Shown piece after piece: positions 49,346 through 59,644 of a stretch of DNA of 64,000 nucleotides. The DNA lies in IMG/VR virus record IMGVR_UViG_3300033571_024432, positions 32,001-96,000 of that record, one strand, 5' to 3'. The notes under the pieces were generated by a model. It saw only the letters and a program-made list of their open reading frames with translations. It had not been told where the DNA came from and made no database searches. The position numbers were made by a program, and so were the translations under genes. The number at the start of each line of letters is the position of its first letter. The stretch's first letter is position 1. The DNA comes from a virus.

Positions 49346-49667
49346 TGATATTATAAAAAGAATTTCAAAAATAGAAAACAAAATATCTGAAATTGAAAAA
49401 TTACAAGATTTATCTATTAAAAATATATTGCAATTTGATAAAAATTTAAAAACATTAAATGAAGATTTTGCTTTAATAGCAAAAACAATTACTGATATTT
49501 TATATTTTTTTAATAGCATAAAGATTGTAAATTTAGATGAAGATTTAAATGAAGATTTAGATGAAGATTTAAATGAAAAAGATAAAGAAGAATCTGAAAA
49601 TGATAATAGTGAAACGATTGAAGATCTTGACGAATTTATAAAAAGAAATAAAAAAAAATATCAATAA
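49203..49667 (+). CDS. Hypothetical coiled-coil protein
   Basis: MSLLKNILQLIQEE; heptad region IIKRISKIENKISEIEKL; acidic DEDLNE repeats. Confidence 0.55.
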   Translation: MSLLKNILQLIQEELEKQSIMNQSGDQKIINKDLESTEKYVQETQTNDDIIKRISKIENKISEIEKLQDLSIKNILQFDKNLKTLNEDFALIAKTITDILYFFNSIKIVNLDEDLNEDLDEDLNEKDKEESENDNSETIEDLDEFIKRNKKKYQ

Positions 49668-49733
49668 TAAAAAAATTATTTATAATTTAAATCGATAATT
49701 ATTGTTTATATAATAAAGCATCGAGGTAAATAT

Positions 49734-50228
49734 ATGAAAATTAATCTAAATGAAAAAACAGTTAGAGCCTTAGCAAGAAATATTTTATTTGAATCAAATG
49801 AAAAAATAAATTTGCACGAAATGAGTTTATCTCCTGATAAAACAGGTGGAGGTAATAGTAATATTAATACTACTGCTAATAATCAAAAAGCAGATATTTT
49901 CAAAAAAGGGCCAAAAACTTCATCAATAAAAAAACAAAAAGAATACGGCGAAAAAGAATTTGAAGTCGATGATGAATTACCTATTAATGACAAAAAATAT
50001 GGAGGTAATATTTCTTATGAAATGTCACCAAATTTTTATGAAACATCAGAAGGTGATGTTGAAAATTATTTAGATAATGACGATTTTTATCCTCCAAAAG
50101 CAACATTACCAACTGTTATGACAAAAATTGGTAAAGAAATTGGTAAAGAAGTTAAAGATAGTAATGTTAAAAAATATTATGATGAATTAAAATCTTTAAG
50201 CAAAAAATATTTAAAGGATAATAAATAA
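49734..50228 (+). CDS. Hypothetical protein with LxE leader
   Basis: MKINLNEKTVRALARNILFES...LHEMS. Confidence 0.65.
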   Translation: MKINLNEKTVRALARNILFESNEKINLHEMSLSPDKTGGGNSNINTTANNQKADIFKKGPKTSSIKKQKEYGEKEFEVDDELPINDKKYGGNISYEMSPNFYETSEGDVENYLDNDDFYPPKATLPTVMTKIGKEIGKEVKDSNVKKYYDELKSLSKKYLKDNK

Positions 50229-50229
50229 A

Positions 50230-53200
50230 ATGTTAAATAAAAAAATAATAAATTTCTTAATAGAATCTATAAACGATGATGATGATGATTTCGAAATTAA
50301 TAAAGAAGAATTAGGGAAATATAGAAGTGAAATTTCATTAGTAGGTAAATCAAAATTTCTTAAATTAAAAAAACACAAAAAAAAATATTATAAAAGTGGA
50401 TTATTTACGAAAGATTTCCAAGATGCTTTAAAAGACGCGGCAGATAGAGCACAGGAAAGTACTGAACGTGGTCAAATGTCAGATGAAGAATTTGAATTAC
50501 ATAAGAAGTCTTTAGCTAAAGATGTATCAAAGGCACAATTAGAAATTGAAAATAATAAATTATTTTATTATATAGCATGGTTAAAAGGTAATTATTTTTG
50601 GAAAAATTTATATATTAAATATTTAGATGCATGTGTAAAAAATTCTCAATCATATGAAAGAAATAAAAAATTTGATAAAAATAAAAGAGCGCTTGCAGAC
50701 AAAGATGATGAAGAAAATCCAACAGGTAAAGTTTTAGATTGGACTGCATCTGACTATATTGATTATGCTGTTCCTAGAAAAACAGAAGAATCTGTTAAAG
50801 AATGGAATAGCTTTCAAGCTGCTTTTATAAAAGAATTAATAACTTTATTATATAAAGATGTTTCACAAGCTGATTATGATAGAATGTTAAATTTTAAAAA
50901 TATTAAATCAACAAACGATTCTTTTAAAGAAAAAACTTTTTCAAATTGGGTAATGAAAGATAATACAGCTATTGAGGATTATTATCTTGAAAAAAATAAA
51001 GATAAAAACTTAATGGATTATAATTTTGAGGCTGCTAATAAATTATTAGCAGATATGTCTGGTATTGATATATCAACAGGTGAATTTGATTCAAAAAATA
51101 TTACTAGCGAAGATTTGGATGAAATAAAAGAATCATTTATTAATAATCCTTATGATCAAATAGAATTTGAAATAAAAAAAGAAAATGAAAGACAATCTGA
51201 TTTTGAAAATGAAACAAATGAATATAATGAATTAATGTCTACAAATAATAGATTATCTAATAATGAAGATGATAATTTATCGTATGATGATCAAGTGGCA
51301 TTTAAGCAAAACAAAATGGATTCAGATTTTTATGATTTATCATTTAATAATAATCAAAATAAATTATCAATTGAAGAAAAAATTAAAAATTTTAATAAAA
51401 ACAAGGAAAGAGAATTAAAAAATTTAATCGATAATATTAGATATCCATCAAATATTCAAGGTTCAAGAAAAGATGAATTTTTAAATAATAGAATAAAAGC
51501 TTTTGAACAAAAGAAAGAAATAGAATATCAACAATTAATAAATTCAGAAAATGATATTAATGTAAGAATAGACAATTTTAATAAAAAGCAAGACGCTGAT
51601 TTACAAAGAATAATTGCTGATTTAAATGATACATTTTCAAATGAAACTGAAGAATTTCGTGAAAAAATAGTCGCTGATGAAATTAAAAATTTTGAAAAAG
51701 AAAAAGAAAGAAAATTTAAAGCATTATTCTCTTCAAAATTATTGTCAGATGAAGAAAATATGAAAATGCGTGCAGAAGATTTTGAACAATCAAATGAAAT
51801 GTTAGATAAAATAAAAAATGGAGATGATTCAAATGTATATATTAGCGATTCAGAAAAGGTAATTGAATATATTGCTGCATATAATGAATTAGACAAAATG
51901 ATAAATAGCGAGCAATTTTTACCTGAAAATTTAAATAAATACGCTTCTGAATTTGAAAATATTAATAATAATGAATTTGAAGAAATAGAAGATATTCAAG
52001 ATGAAAATAATGAAAAAATTTCTTCAAGGGAAATAATAAATAATGTTTTATCTAGAAAAGATAATCCAAAAAATATTGATAGATTGGAAGATATTTTTTA
52101 TATATATGCTTTATTAAAAGCTGATATTGCAATGATTACAGAACGTTTATCTAAACAAAAAAATGTTAAATATAAATATGGTGATATTACTAAAAAAATG
52201 GATGCTGCGTTAAAAGAGGTAGTAACGCAAGTATATAAAATGATTAATAATATACAATCATCTAATCCTATTGCAACAAATAAACTGGCAATGATTGCAA
52301 GAAATATAGATCAATATAGAAATAAATTAAACAATCCTAAAAAAGATAAATTTTGGACTTTACCAGTAATGGTTACTGCAGCGGGAGGTTTATATGCAAT
52401 TGATACAACTGGAAAAAATATAGCAACATCTGGTTTACAAAGATCAATGGCTGAAATGCTTATGCAAGCAACATGGGCACAATCAATGTTAAAACAGAAC
52501 AAAATAGCAGAATTACGTATTATATCAATGCAATCATGGTTAGATGATCTTGATTTAAATTATAATTTATCTTTGGGTTATGAAGAAAAATATAAAGAAG
52601 GTATAACATTACAAGAAAAATTAAAACAATTAGTCTCTCAATTAAGTGATTCTGAAAAAAAGAAAATTAAACCAAGAACGCAAGATGTCGTAAGAAAAGA
52701 ATATAAAAAAATTGCTGTTGATAATTTAAATATAGATCCTTTATATACTAAATTAACAGATAAATATTATGAATATGAAGAAAAAATTGAAGATTTAATT
52801 GAAGAGATGGATATCATGGGTGGTTCTGAATTAACCAGTATTCGTGAATTAAAAATACAATTAAATTATTTTACAGAAAAATATGAAAAAACAAAGCAAC
52901 AAATGTCTAAAATTGAATATCAATTTGAAAGATTAGCAAAGAATGAATATTTTTCTGAACGTGAAGAAAAGAAAAAACAAATGTCTGATGAAATAATTAA
53001 TCAGATTGAAAAAATACAAGATGAAATTTATGAATTAGATTCATGGAATAAAAAATCATATATAAAAGCTGGTACAGTTAAAGGTGTTAAACAATATGAT
53101 AAAAAAGACTTTGATAGTTTTATAGATAATGATATTAGAAAAGATAAAACATTAACACCTGAATATATTTTAAATCAAGCAAAGGTAGCAGATTATAATC

Positions 53201-54039
53201 CAACAGATAAACGTCTTGAGATAAATAAAAATATGAAATCTGCGATTGAAAAATATTATAATTATCCTGATATGACTGATCAATCTGAATTAGGTGAAAC
53301 ATTGAGAGATATGTATTTAGATTCTATGAGGAAATCATTTGTAGGTAAAGATATAGACGTTTTTTATATTGAAAAATTAATGAATGATAATAAAAGCCCA
53401 TTTTCAAATTATCATAGAATATTAGTTAGTAAATTTTTTGATTCAGAAAAATCAGAATCATATTATACATCTGTAAATGATGCGATTATAGATTATTTAA
53501 ATCAAAATTATGGGCAAATAAATGTTGTTAGAAATAGATCAGATGAATTGTTAGTAAAATATATTAAAGAATACACATTTGGATATTCAAATTCAGAATA
53601 TGATTATTCTCTTAAAAAAACCTATATTAAACAAAATCAAAAACAATTTGTAGCTGATCTTGAAAAATATTGGACAGATAAAGGTTTTTGTAATACATTG
53701 TCTCAATGTCAAATTGATGGTTTTTATAAATATCCACATATAAGAAAAGCATTTTGGAATGAATTGGTAAAAAGCGCTACAACTCTTTCATTTCAAAAAG
53801 AAACTGGCGAAAGAAGACCTGGCGGACAAATAGCAGCTGCTTTTTTAAAAAATATTTATGATCCAAATGTAACACAAAAATATGAAGAATTTGTAAATTC
53901 TTTATCAAAATCTGTTAGACAATCTGCGTTTAATCAATCTTTAAATGCAACTAATTTTTATTCAAGATTTAATAAAAAAGATGAACATATAATTATTGAA
54001 CCTGAAAGTTATTTTAAGAGTAAAGAATTAAAAAAATAG
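50230..54039 (+). CDS. Large (1269 aa) coiled-coil-rich protein with LxE leader
   Basis: MLNKKIINFLIES; long charged helical regions. Confidence 0.7.
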   Translation: MLNKKIINFLIESINDDDDDFEINKEELGKYRSEISLVGKSKFLKLKKHKKKYYKSGLFTKDFQDALKDAADRAQESTERGQMSDEEFELHKKSLAKDVSKAQLEIENNKLFYYIAWLKGNYFWKNLYIKYLDACVKNSQSYERNKKFDKNKRALADKDDEENPTGKVLDWTASDYIDYAVPRKTEESVKEWNSFQAAFIKELITLLYKDVSQADYDRMLNFKNIKSTNDSFKEKTFSNWVMKDNTAIEDYYLEKNKDKNLMDYNFEAANKLLADMSGIDISTGEFDSKNITSEDLDEIKESFINNPYDQIEFEIKKENERQSDFENETNEYNELMSTNNRLSNNEDDNLSYDDQVAFKQNKMDSDFYDLSFNNNQNKLSIEEKIKNFNKNKERELKNLIDNIRYPSNIQGSRKDEFLNNRIKAFEQKKEIEYQQLINSENDINVRIDNFNKKQDADLQRIIADLNDTFSNETEEFREKIVADEIKNFEKEKERKFKALFSSKLLSDEENMKMRAEDFEQSNEMLDKIKNGDDSNVYISDSEKVIEYIAAYNELDKMINSEQFLPENLNKYASEFENINNNEFEEIEDIQDENNEKISSREIINNVLSRKDNPKNIDRLEDIFYIYALLKADIAMITERLSKQKNVKYKYGDITKKMDAALKEVVTQVYKMINNIQSSNPIATNKLAMIARNIDQYRNKLNNPKKDKFWTLPVMVTAAGGLYAIDTTGKNIATSGLQRSMAEMLMQATWAQSMLKQNKIAELRIISMQSWLDDLDLNYNLSLGYEEKYKEGITLQEKLKQLVSQLSDSEKKKIKPRTQDVVRKEYKKIAVDNLNIDPLYTKLTDKYYEYEEKIEDLIEEMDIMGGSELTSIRELKIQLNYFTEKYEKTKQQMSKIEYQFERLAKNEYFSEREEKKKQMSDEIINQIEKIQDEIYELDSWNKKSYIKAGTVKGVKQYDKKDFDSFIDNDIRKDKTLTPEYILNQAKVADYNPTDKRLEINKNMKSAIEKYYNYPDMTDQSELGETLRDMYLDSMRKSFVGKDIDVFYIEKLMNDNKSPFSNYHRILVSKFFDSEKSESYYTSVNDAIIDYLNQNYGQINVVRNRSDELLVKYIKEYTFGYSNSEYDYSLKKTYIKQNQKQFVADLEKYWTDKGFCNTLSQCQIDGFYKYPHIRKAFWNELVKSATTLSFQKETGERRPGGQIAAAFLKNIYDPNVTQKYEEFVNSLSKSVRQSAFNQSLNATNFYSRFNKKDEHIIIEPESYFKSKELKK

Positions 54040-54087
54040 ATATTTATATATAATAAAATATGTTTTATATAATATTATGGAAAATAA

Positions 54088-54471
54088 ATGAATATATCTA
54101 ATTTAATGAAAAATTATTTTAATGAAGAAAATCAATATATGATAAATGAGAATTTAAATACAAAAAATAAATCAATACCTATCGTTGTTTCTAAATCAAA
54201 ATGGAATATAGAAAGTAATATTATGTCAAGAATATACGAATTTTCTGAAAAGGATCATTCAGTTTATTTTATGCAACAAATAATGCAATATATTTCAAAC
54301 TCTGAACATAATATAGAGGTTAGGTTTAAAAAGGAAAAATGTACAGTTATTATTAGGGCTTTAGCATCTTTTATAAATGAATATGAAATAGAAGCTTGTA
54401 AATATTTTGATAAAATTTATAATGATACTAATTACATAAAATTAAAATATGATTATGAGGATGAATTTTAA
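54088..54471 (+). CDS. Pterin-4a-carbinolamine dehydratase-like protein with LxE leader
   Basis: W...SRIYEF...FMQQI....EH.IEV pattern; leader YFNEE / MINEN. Confidence 0.55.
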   Translation: MNISNLMKNYFNEENQYMINENLNTKNKSIPIVVSKSKWNIESNIMSRIYEFSEKDHSVYFMQQIMQYISNSEHNIEVRFKKEKCTVIIRALASFINEYEIEACKYFDKIYNDTNYIKLKYDYEDEF

Positions 54472-54855
54472 ATGAGTAATGATAAAAATATATTTTTAAG
54501 TCAAAACTTAGTTGATTTAATAGATATCGATTATTTATATGAAGATGATAATAAAAGAAACGAAGAAGATAAATTAAATATAAATTTTGAGTTTGAAAAT
54601 AGTGATATATCTATTAGAAAAGGCAAAATACAAAAATTAATTAAAAAATCAAATGAACAAAATTATAAAATTTCATTGGATTTAAATAAAAATGAAGCAC
54701 AATATTTTTTTATTAATGACGAAATAAAAAAGATTGAACTAAATTTAGACTTTGAAAAAAGAGTATTTGAATCAGATAAATATTTAATTAAATATTGTAT
54801 AATTTATAGCAATGAAAATAATTACAATTTAAAAGTAATAATTAAAGGTATTTAA
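54472..54855 (+). CDS. Hypothetical protein
   Basis: 127-aa ORF abutting its neighbours. Confidence 0.6.
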   Translation: MSNDKNIFLSQNLVDLIDIDYLYEDDNKRNEEDKLNINFEFENSDISIRKGKIQKLIKKSNEQNYKISLDLNKNEAQYFFINDEIKKIELNLDFEKRVFESDKYLIKYCIIYSNENNYNLKVIIKGI

Positions 54856-54856
54856 A

Positions 54857-55030
54857 ATGAGCAATCAATTCGATAAATTTATGACAGATATGTTATATAA
54901 TCAAAAAAGAAATAAAAATTGGCAAATGCCTATTTTAGATCAACAAGGTACTCATGAAGAATACATGAAAAGATTAAGAATGTATCGTGAAAGAGAACTT
55001 TGGCAGAATAGAATAAATTGGAGTAAATAA
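54857..55030 (+). CDS. Small hypothetical protein (57 aa; not in the ORF track)
   Basis: MSNQFDKFMTDMLYNQKRNKNWQMPILDQQGTHEEYMKRLRMYRERELWQNRINWSK fills the gap exactly. Confidence 0.65.
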   Translation: MSNQFDKFMTDMLYNQKRNKNWQMPILDQQGTHEEYMKRLRMYRERELWQNRINWSK

Positions 55031-55031
55031 C

Positions 55032-55790
55032 ATGAATATATCAAAATTTATTTCATTATTAGAAAGATCAATTAAAGAGGGTGATGTAACAGCTAATGAA
55101 AAAAAACAACAACAATCAATTGATTTAGAAATATCTCCAAGTTTAAAAGCACCTAAAAAACAAAATAAAAACCAAGATAATAATAAAAAAAACGATAAAA
55201 ATCAAAATAAAAAAAATAATAATCAATTAGATGATGAAGAAGTTTCTGAGGATCAAGATTCTCCATATGACGCATTTGAAAAATCTGTAAAGAAAAATGA
55301 TTCACAAGACGAAGATTATGAAGAATTAGATGATACAGAAGATATTGATGAAGATGATGAAGAAAAAAGAGAAAAAAAAGAAAGATCAGGATTTAAATTA
55401 TCAAATGCAAAACAATACACTTATTTTAAAGATTTAGTAAATAAATTCAGAGCAGCTGAAAGTATTAATAAAAGTAATGCAGCTGAAAAATTTTATAATA
55501 AATTAACATTAGGCGAAAAGCAAACAATTTGTTTATTTTTTGATTCAATGACAAAAGTTTTAAATGCAAATACAGATGCAGATTTTAAAATGCCTAAGAC
55601 ACCTTTACAACATGGTATTAAAATAAAAGAAAAGGTTTCTTCTAACGAAGAACATATGAAAACAATTTCAGCTGCAGCTTCAGGTGACAAAAAAGCTGAA
55701 AAGAAAATGTCTTCAATGGCTCCTATCACAGTAGGTGAATCAATAAAAAGATTTACATCAATAGATAATTTATTAAAAGAAGTAAAATAA
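55032..55790 (+). CDS. Hypothetical protein with LxE leader and acidic linker
   Basis: ISLLERSIKEG; D/E-rich middle section. Confidence 0.65.
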   Translation: MNISKFISLLERSIKEGDVTANEKKQQQSIDLEISPSLKAPKKQNKNQDNNKKNDKNQNKKNNNQLDDEEVSEDQDSPYDAFEKSVKKNDSQDEDYEELDDTEDIDEDDEEKREKKERSGFKLSNAKQYTYFKDLVNKFRAAESINKSNAAEKFYNKLTLGEKQTICLFFDSMTKVLNANTDADFKMPKTPLQHGIKIKEKVSSNEEHMKTISAAASGDKKAEKKMSSMAPITVGESIKRFTSIDNLLKEVK

Positions 55791-55791
55791 C

Positions 55792-56067
55792 ATGGAACCA
55801 GTACATTTATATGTTAATCAAATTTTATTAGAAAGCTTTCGAAAAAATATTGATCATGAACATTATATCAGTATTAATGGTGAAAGATTAAAATTTGGAA
55901 GTAAAAAATGTATTCAAGATCTTGAATATAGAATTGGCGATGCTGTAAGGGTTAGAGATAGCTATCAAGCAAGAACAGACGGACGTGTATACTTCTCAGG
56001 TATTTTAAGAATACTACGTAGAGAACTACAAACTGCTAAAAAGATATACCAGAATTTACCAGTTTAA
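55792..56067 (+). CDS. Conserved hypothetical protein
   Basis: QILLES leader; FGSKKCIQDLE..I...RD. Confidence 0.65.
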   Translation: MEPVHLYVNQILLESFRKNIDHEHYISINGERLKFGSKKCIQDLEYRIGDAVRVRDSYQARTDGRVYFSGILRILRRELQTAKKIYQNLPV

Positions 56068-56139
56068 TTTTTATTTAAAATATATAAAATTATATATAAA
56101 AATAATTTCTAATCAATAGAGAAGATCCCAGGATAGTCT

Positions 56140-56745
56140 ATGAAGCATTTATACGCATGTAATATATTAAATCATCCATATATTAAAAACGAAGAAGATG
56201 TCAAAAAATTAATACATATTTTAAACACAACTGATTCTTGGGAAATAAATGAAGGAGAATCGTATATTATAAGAAGAACTCTTTCAGGATCATGGGTATG
56301 GGATAAAATGACAAGAAATCCAATAGATATTGGCGGAAGATTATACGAAAATAAATGGACAGAACTTTTTAATAATAATAAAATGAATCAAGATTTTTAT
56401 GGTGTAGGAAGAAATCCAAATAAAGGGTTTTTAATGATAAATGATACTTTATGGGGAATAGTAACATTTGATGTTAATATTAAAGGAAGAAATTTAAAAA
56501 GATTAAATATACCAAATGAAATATTAAATAATATTTGTGATGAAATAGGCTTCAATAAAAAAACAAAACACCAATCAACCAACCCAATCTACTACGTGGA
56601 CAAAGATGATTTTAAAACAAATTTATCAAATATTCAAAATTACTTTGATAAATTAATTGTTAATTTAAGTGATGAATTTAAAATTCCTATTTATATTTCA
56701 AAATATAAAAAAGAAAATGATCAAATAATAATGGAAGAAAATTAA
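56140..56745 (+). CDS. Hypothetical protein
   Basis: 201-aa ORF. Confidence 0.6.
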   Translation: MKHLYACNILNHPYIKNEEDVKKLIHILNTTDSWEINEGESYIIRRTLSGSWVWDKMTRNPIDIGGRLYENKWTELFNNNKMNQDFYGVGRNPNKGFLMINDTLWGIVTFDVNIKGRNLKRLNIPNEILNNICDEIGFNKKTKHQSTNPIYYVDKDDFKTNLSNIQNYFDKLIVNLSDEFKIPIYISKYKKENDQIIMEEN

Positions 56746-56746
56746 T

Positions 56747-59233
56747 ATGCATAATCAATATAAATTAATTATAAAAAATAATATGAAAATATTGAAGGAA
56801 GATGCCTCACAATATTCTGTTGGAGATTTAAAAGCATTTGTTACAGATATTTATCAAATTGTTTCGAAAACTACAGAAGCAACAATTAGAAATTTTAGTG
56901 CTCAATTAGAATATGTCATATTAGCAACAAAAATTATTGGTTTTGCAGATATGAAAGCATTAAATGAAGACTTTGAAGAAAAATTAAAAAAATCTGCAGA
57001 ATTATATGATGCAGCAATTCCTGATAAAATTAAGGATGATGTTGATACTTTATTAAAATTTTCAAATCCAGGTGCATTTATGTTACAAAAAGCAACTAGC
57101 GCATTATCTGAAAAAGATGGTATATTATCAGCAACACCTTTTTATAAATTTGCTAAAAGTTTAATATCAGGTGATTTTTTTAAAACAAGTGTTGAAAATT
57201 GGGGTAAAGAAGGATTATTTGGTTTACAATTTAATAATATTATTTGGTATAATGGTTTTGTGAGAAAAGAATTATTATATGATAATGTAAAATATTTACA
57301 AAAATATATTGACAGAGGAGGTTTAACAGGCACTTCTTTACAAATAACAGATATGAATGATTTAAGAACAAAAATGCCACTTATTTGGTATGGTATTAAA
57401 TCTGCAGATGTTTATGAAATATATAACAGAGGAACATTTACTTTTTATGATTTTTGTAAAAATTCTAATGATACAATGTTAACATATTTAGGCCGAGAAA
57501 TGCAACATAGATCAAATCCAGAACCTGAACAAGGTACTCCTGAATGGGATGTTTGGGATAGACAACAAACAGCATTAAAAAAAGATCAAGAAATCATTTT
57601 AAATGATTTTATGACAAGATGTAATCAAAATTTATCACATTTAAATAATACTATACCTGATGCATATCGTTTAATTATGGATGAAGAATTTGAAGTATCT
57701 GACGCATTTATGATGGTATTAGGAGCTACAAATGTTGTTGATGATATTGTTGAAGATACAACATTTATACCTTCTGCTATTTCAAATTTTGCTACAGCAT
57801 CAACTAGCCCTTTTGTCACAATTGGTAGTTGGTTAGGTATAAATCCGCCTGCTGAACCTGGACAAATAAATGGATTTATACAACAAGTATTAAATATACT
57901 TGATAATGCTTTTATAATTAATGAATCAAATGTAGCTAAATCTAAATTAATATTAAGAGGAAATAAAAAAATATTATTAGAAAATGATATGCAAGAAAAA
58001 TCTAATAATAAAAAAAAGCCAATACAATTTTTAGATGAACAAAATGAAATGATTAATGAATTAATACCTGATTCTGATAAAAGTAAAAAGTTAAAAGATT
58101 GGAAAGAATTTATATTAAGAGTAAAAGCTATTAAACCAGGTGAAAATAAAAATAAAAAAAATAAGTTAATTCTAGAAATGATGGAATATTCTTTACAATT
58201 TTTTGATCAGGTATTTGATGAGTTAAAAGGAAAATTAAAATTAATAGAAGATGAATCAAACGAGTATACTCAAAACTTTAATAATAAAATTGAAAAAAAA
58301 TTTGGATTTGAAATGACGCCAAAGGGTTTTGCGACAAAACAAAATTTTGATTTTGAATTAATTTGTGAAAATAGCAGATTAACAAGTATATCACATATCA
58401 TGAATATAGAAATAATTTTAGAAGAATTGAATATATTAAAAAATTTATTAATGAATATTGAAAAAAGTGAAAATAAAAATATTAATTTATTAATAAATGA
58501 ATTTAAAAATAAATTGATGCAAAAAGAAAAAATTATTAATGATAATGCAACATTAAAAAAGTTTAATACGATACATTCACAAATTAAAAAAGAATTTGGA
58601 GAAAAATCTAAAACTTTGGAAAATTTTGAAAATAATTTAAAAAAATCAAGAGAAAGTTTTAATAATTTAAAAAAGAAATCAATTCAATTTTGTGATAATA
58701 TAATACAAATAGTACAAAAAAGATCAGAAATTCAAAATGAATCAGAAATTATTAATTTATTAAAAAGTATTATTAAAAACATCGAAGACAATTCAAAGTC
58801 AATGAATGAAAAATTATATTCTAAGTTATTACCAGATTTAGAAAAAAATAAAAATTATTTCGAAAAAGATTTAAAAAAAATGAAAAATGATTTAAATCAA
58901 AAATTTGGAAAAATTTGTGAAAAAATAAATCTTGAATCTTTTGATAAAATATACAATGAAAATATACAGAAATTTTATTATGCATATAATGAATGTATAA
59001 AAATATTGAAAAAAATTGATTCTAAAAATATATTGAAAGATATATTACAAAATTTAAATAAAAAAATATCTAATCACGATATTAATTTAGATAAAAACGA
59101 AAAAGATCAATTAATAAATCAAAAAGATATAAACAATAAAGATGATGTTAAAGACAATGATGAAGCTGTTTTATCGATATCAAATGATGAAAAGTCTTTA
59201 ACACCAATTAAAGTAAAAAATAAAGAAGAATAA
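56747..59233 (+). CDS. Large protein with N-terminal and internal LxE sites and a coiled-coil C-terminus
   Basis: MKILKED; internal FIINES and KKILLEN. Confidence 0.65.
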   Translation: MHNQYKLIIKNNMKILKEDASQYSVGDLKAFVTDIYQIVSKTTEATIRNFSAQLEYVILATKIIGFADMKALNEDFEEKLKKSAELYDAAIPDKIKDDVDTLLKFSNPGAFMLQKATSALSEKDGILSATPFYKFAKSLISGDFFKTSVENWGKEGLFGLQFNNIIWYNGFVRKELLYDNVKYLQKYIDRGGLTGTSLQITDMNDLRTKMPLIWYGIKSADVYEIYNRGTFTFYDFCKNSNDTMLTYLGREMQHRSNPEPEQGTPEWDVWDRQQTALKKDQEIILNDFMTRCNQNLSHLNNTIPDAYRLIMDEEFEVSDAFMMVLGATNVVDDIVEDTTFIPSAISNFATASTSPFVTIGSWLGINPPAEPGQINGFIQQVLNILDNAFIINESNVAKSKLILRGNKKILLENDMQEKSNNKKKPIQFLDEQNEMINELIPDSDKSKKLKDWKEFILRVKAIKPGENKNKKNKLILEMMEYSLQFFDQVFDELKGKLKLIEDESNEYTQNFNNKIEKKFGFEMTPKGFATKQNFDFELICENSRLTSISHIMNIEIILEELNILKNLLMNIEKSENKNINLLINEFKNKLMQKEKIINDNATLKKFNTIHSQIKKEFGEKSKTLENFENNLKKSRESFNNLKKKSIQFCDNIIQIVQKRSEIQNESEIINLLKSIIKNIEDNSKSMNEKLYSKLLPDLEKNKNYFEKDLKKMKNDLNQKFGKICEKINLESFDKIYNENIQKFYYAYNECIKILKKIDSKNILKDILQNLNKKISNHDINLDKNEKDQLINQKDINNKDDVKDNDEAVLSISNDEKSLTPIKVKNKEE

Positions 59234-59242
59234 GGTATTAAT

Positions 59243-59644
59243 ATGTCAAATACAAAATGGATTCCAAATATATATTATGAAGAAAATAAAGATGGTATTA
59301 CTGGTGGATTGCCATTTATAGACGTTCCATATGGACGTAGTATGCCAGGATGTTTATTTATTTGTGAGGCTAAGGATTATAAGGATTTATCCCAAGAAAC
59401 AAAAGATAACTTGGATTTAGAGCATCTTGAAAAAGAAATAGTTGTTCATTCTTACGCTAATATGACAATATTAAAACAAAAATTATCTCCTGAACTTTTT
59501 GATGATGTTAGACTTGCGATTGGTTTACAACCGTTACAAACTGCTTTATTAGAAGGCGCAAAAAAAACATACGAAATTCAAAAAAACATAGATCAAATGA
59601 TAAATAAGATTAATGATAAAAACTCATTACAGAAAGAGGAATAA
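59243..59644 (+). CDS. Conserved hypothetical protein
   Basis: WIPNIYYEE...GGLPFIDVP.G..MPG.LF. Confidence 0.65.
   Translation: MSNTKWIPNIYYEENKDGITGGLPFIDVPYGRSMPGCLFICEAKDYKDLSQETKDNLDLEHLEKEIVVHSYANMTILKQKLSPELFDDVRLAIGLQPLQTALLEGAKKTYEIQKNIDQMINKINDKNSLQKEE

Noticed and set aside
49530-49580. 12-nt GATGAAGATTTA-type repeats (and GATGTT repeats near 22010) as CRISPR or regulatory arrays
   Set aside because: They are in-frame low-complexity acidic coding repeats with no spacers.
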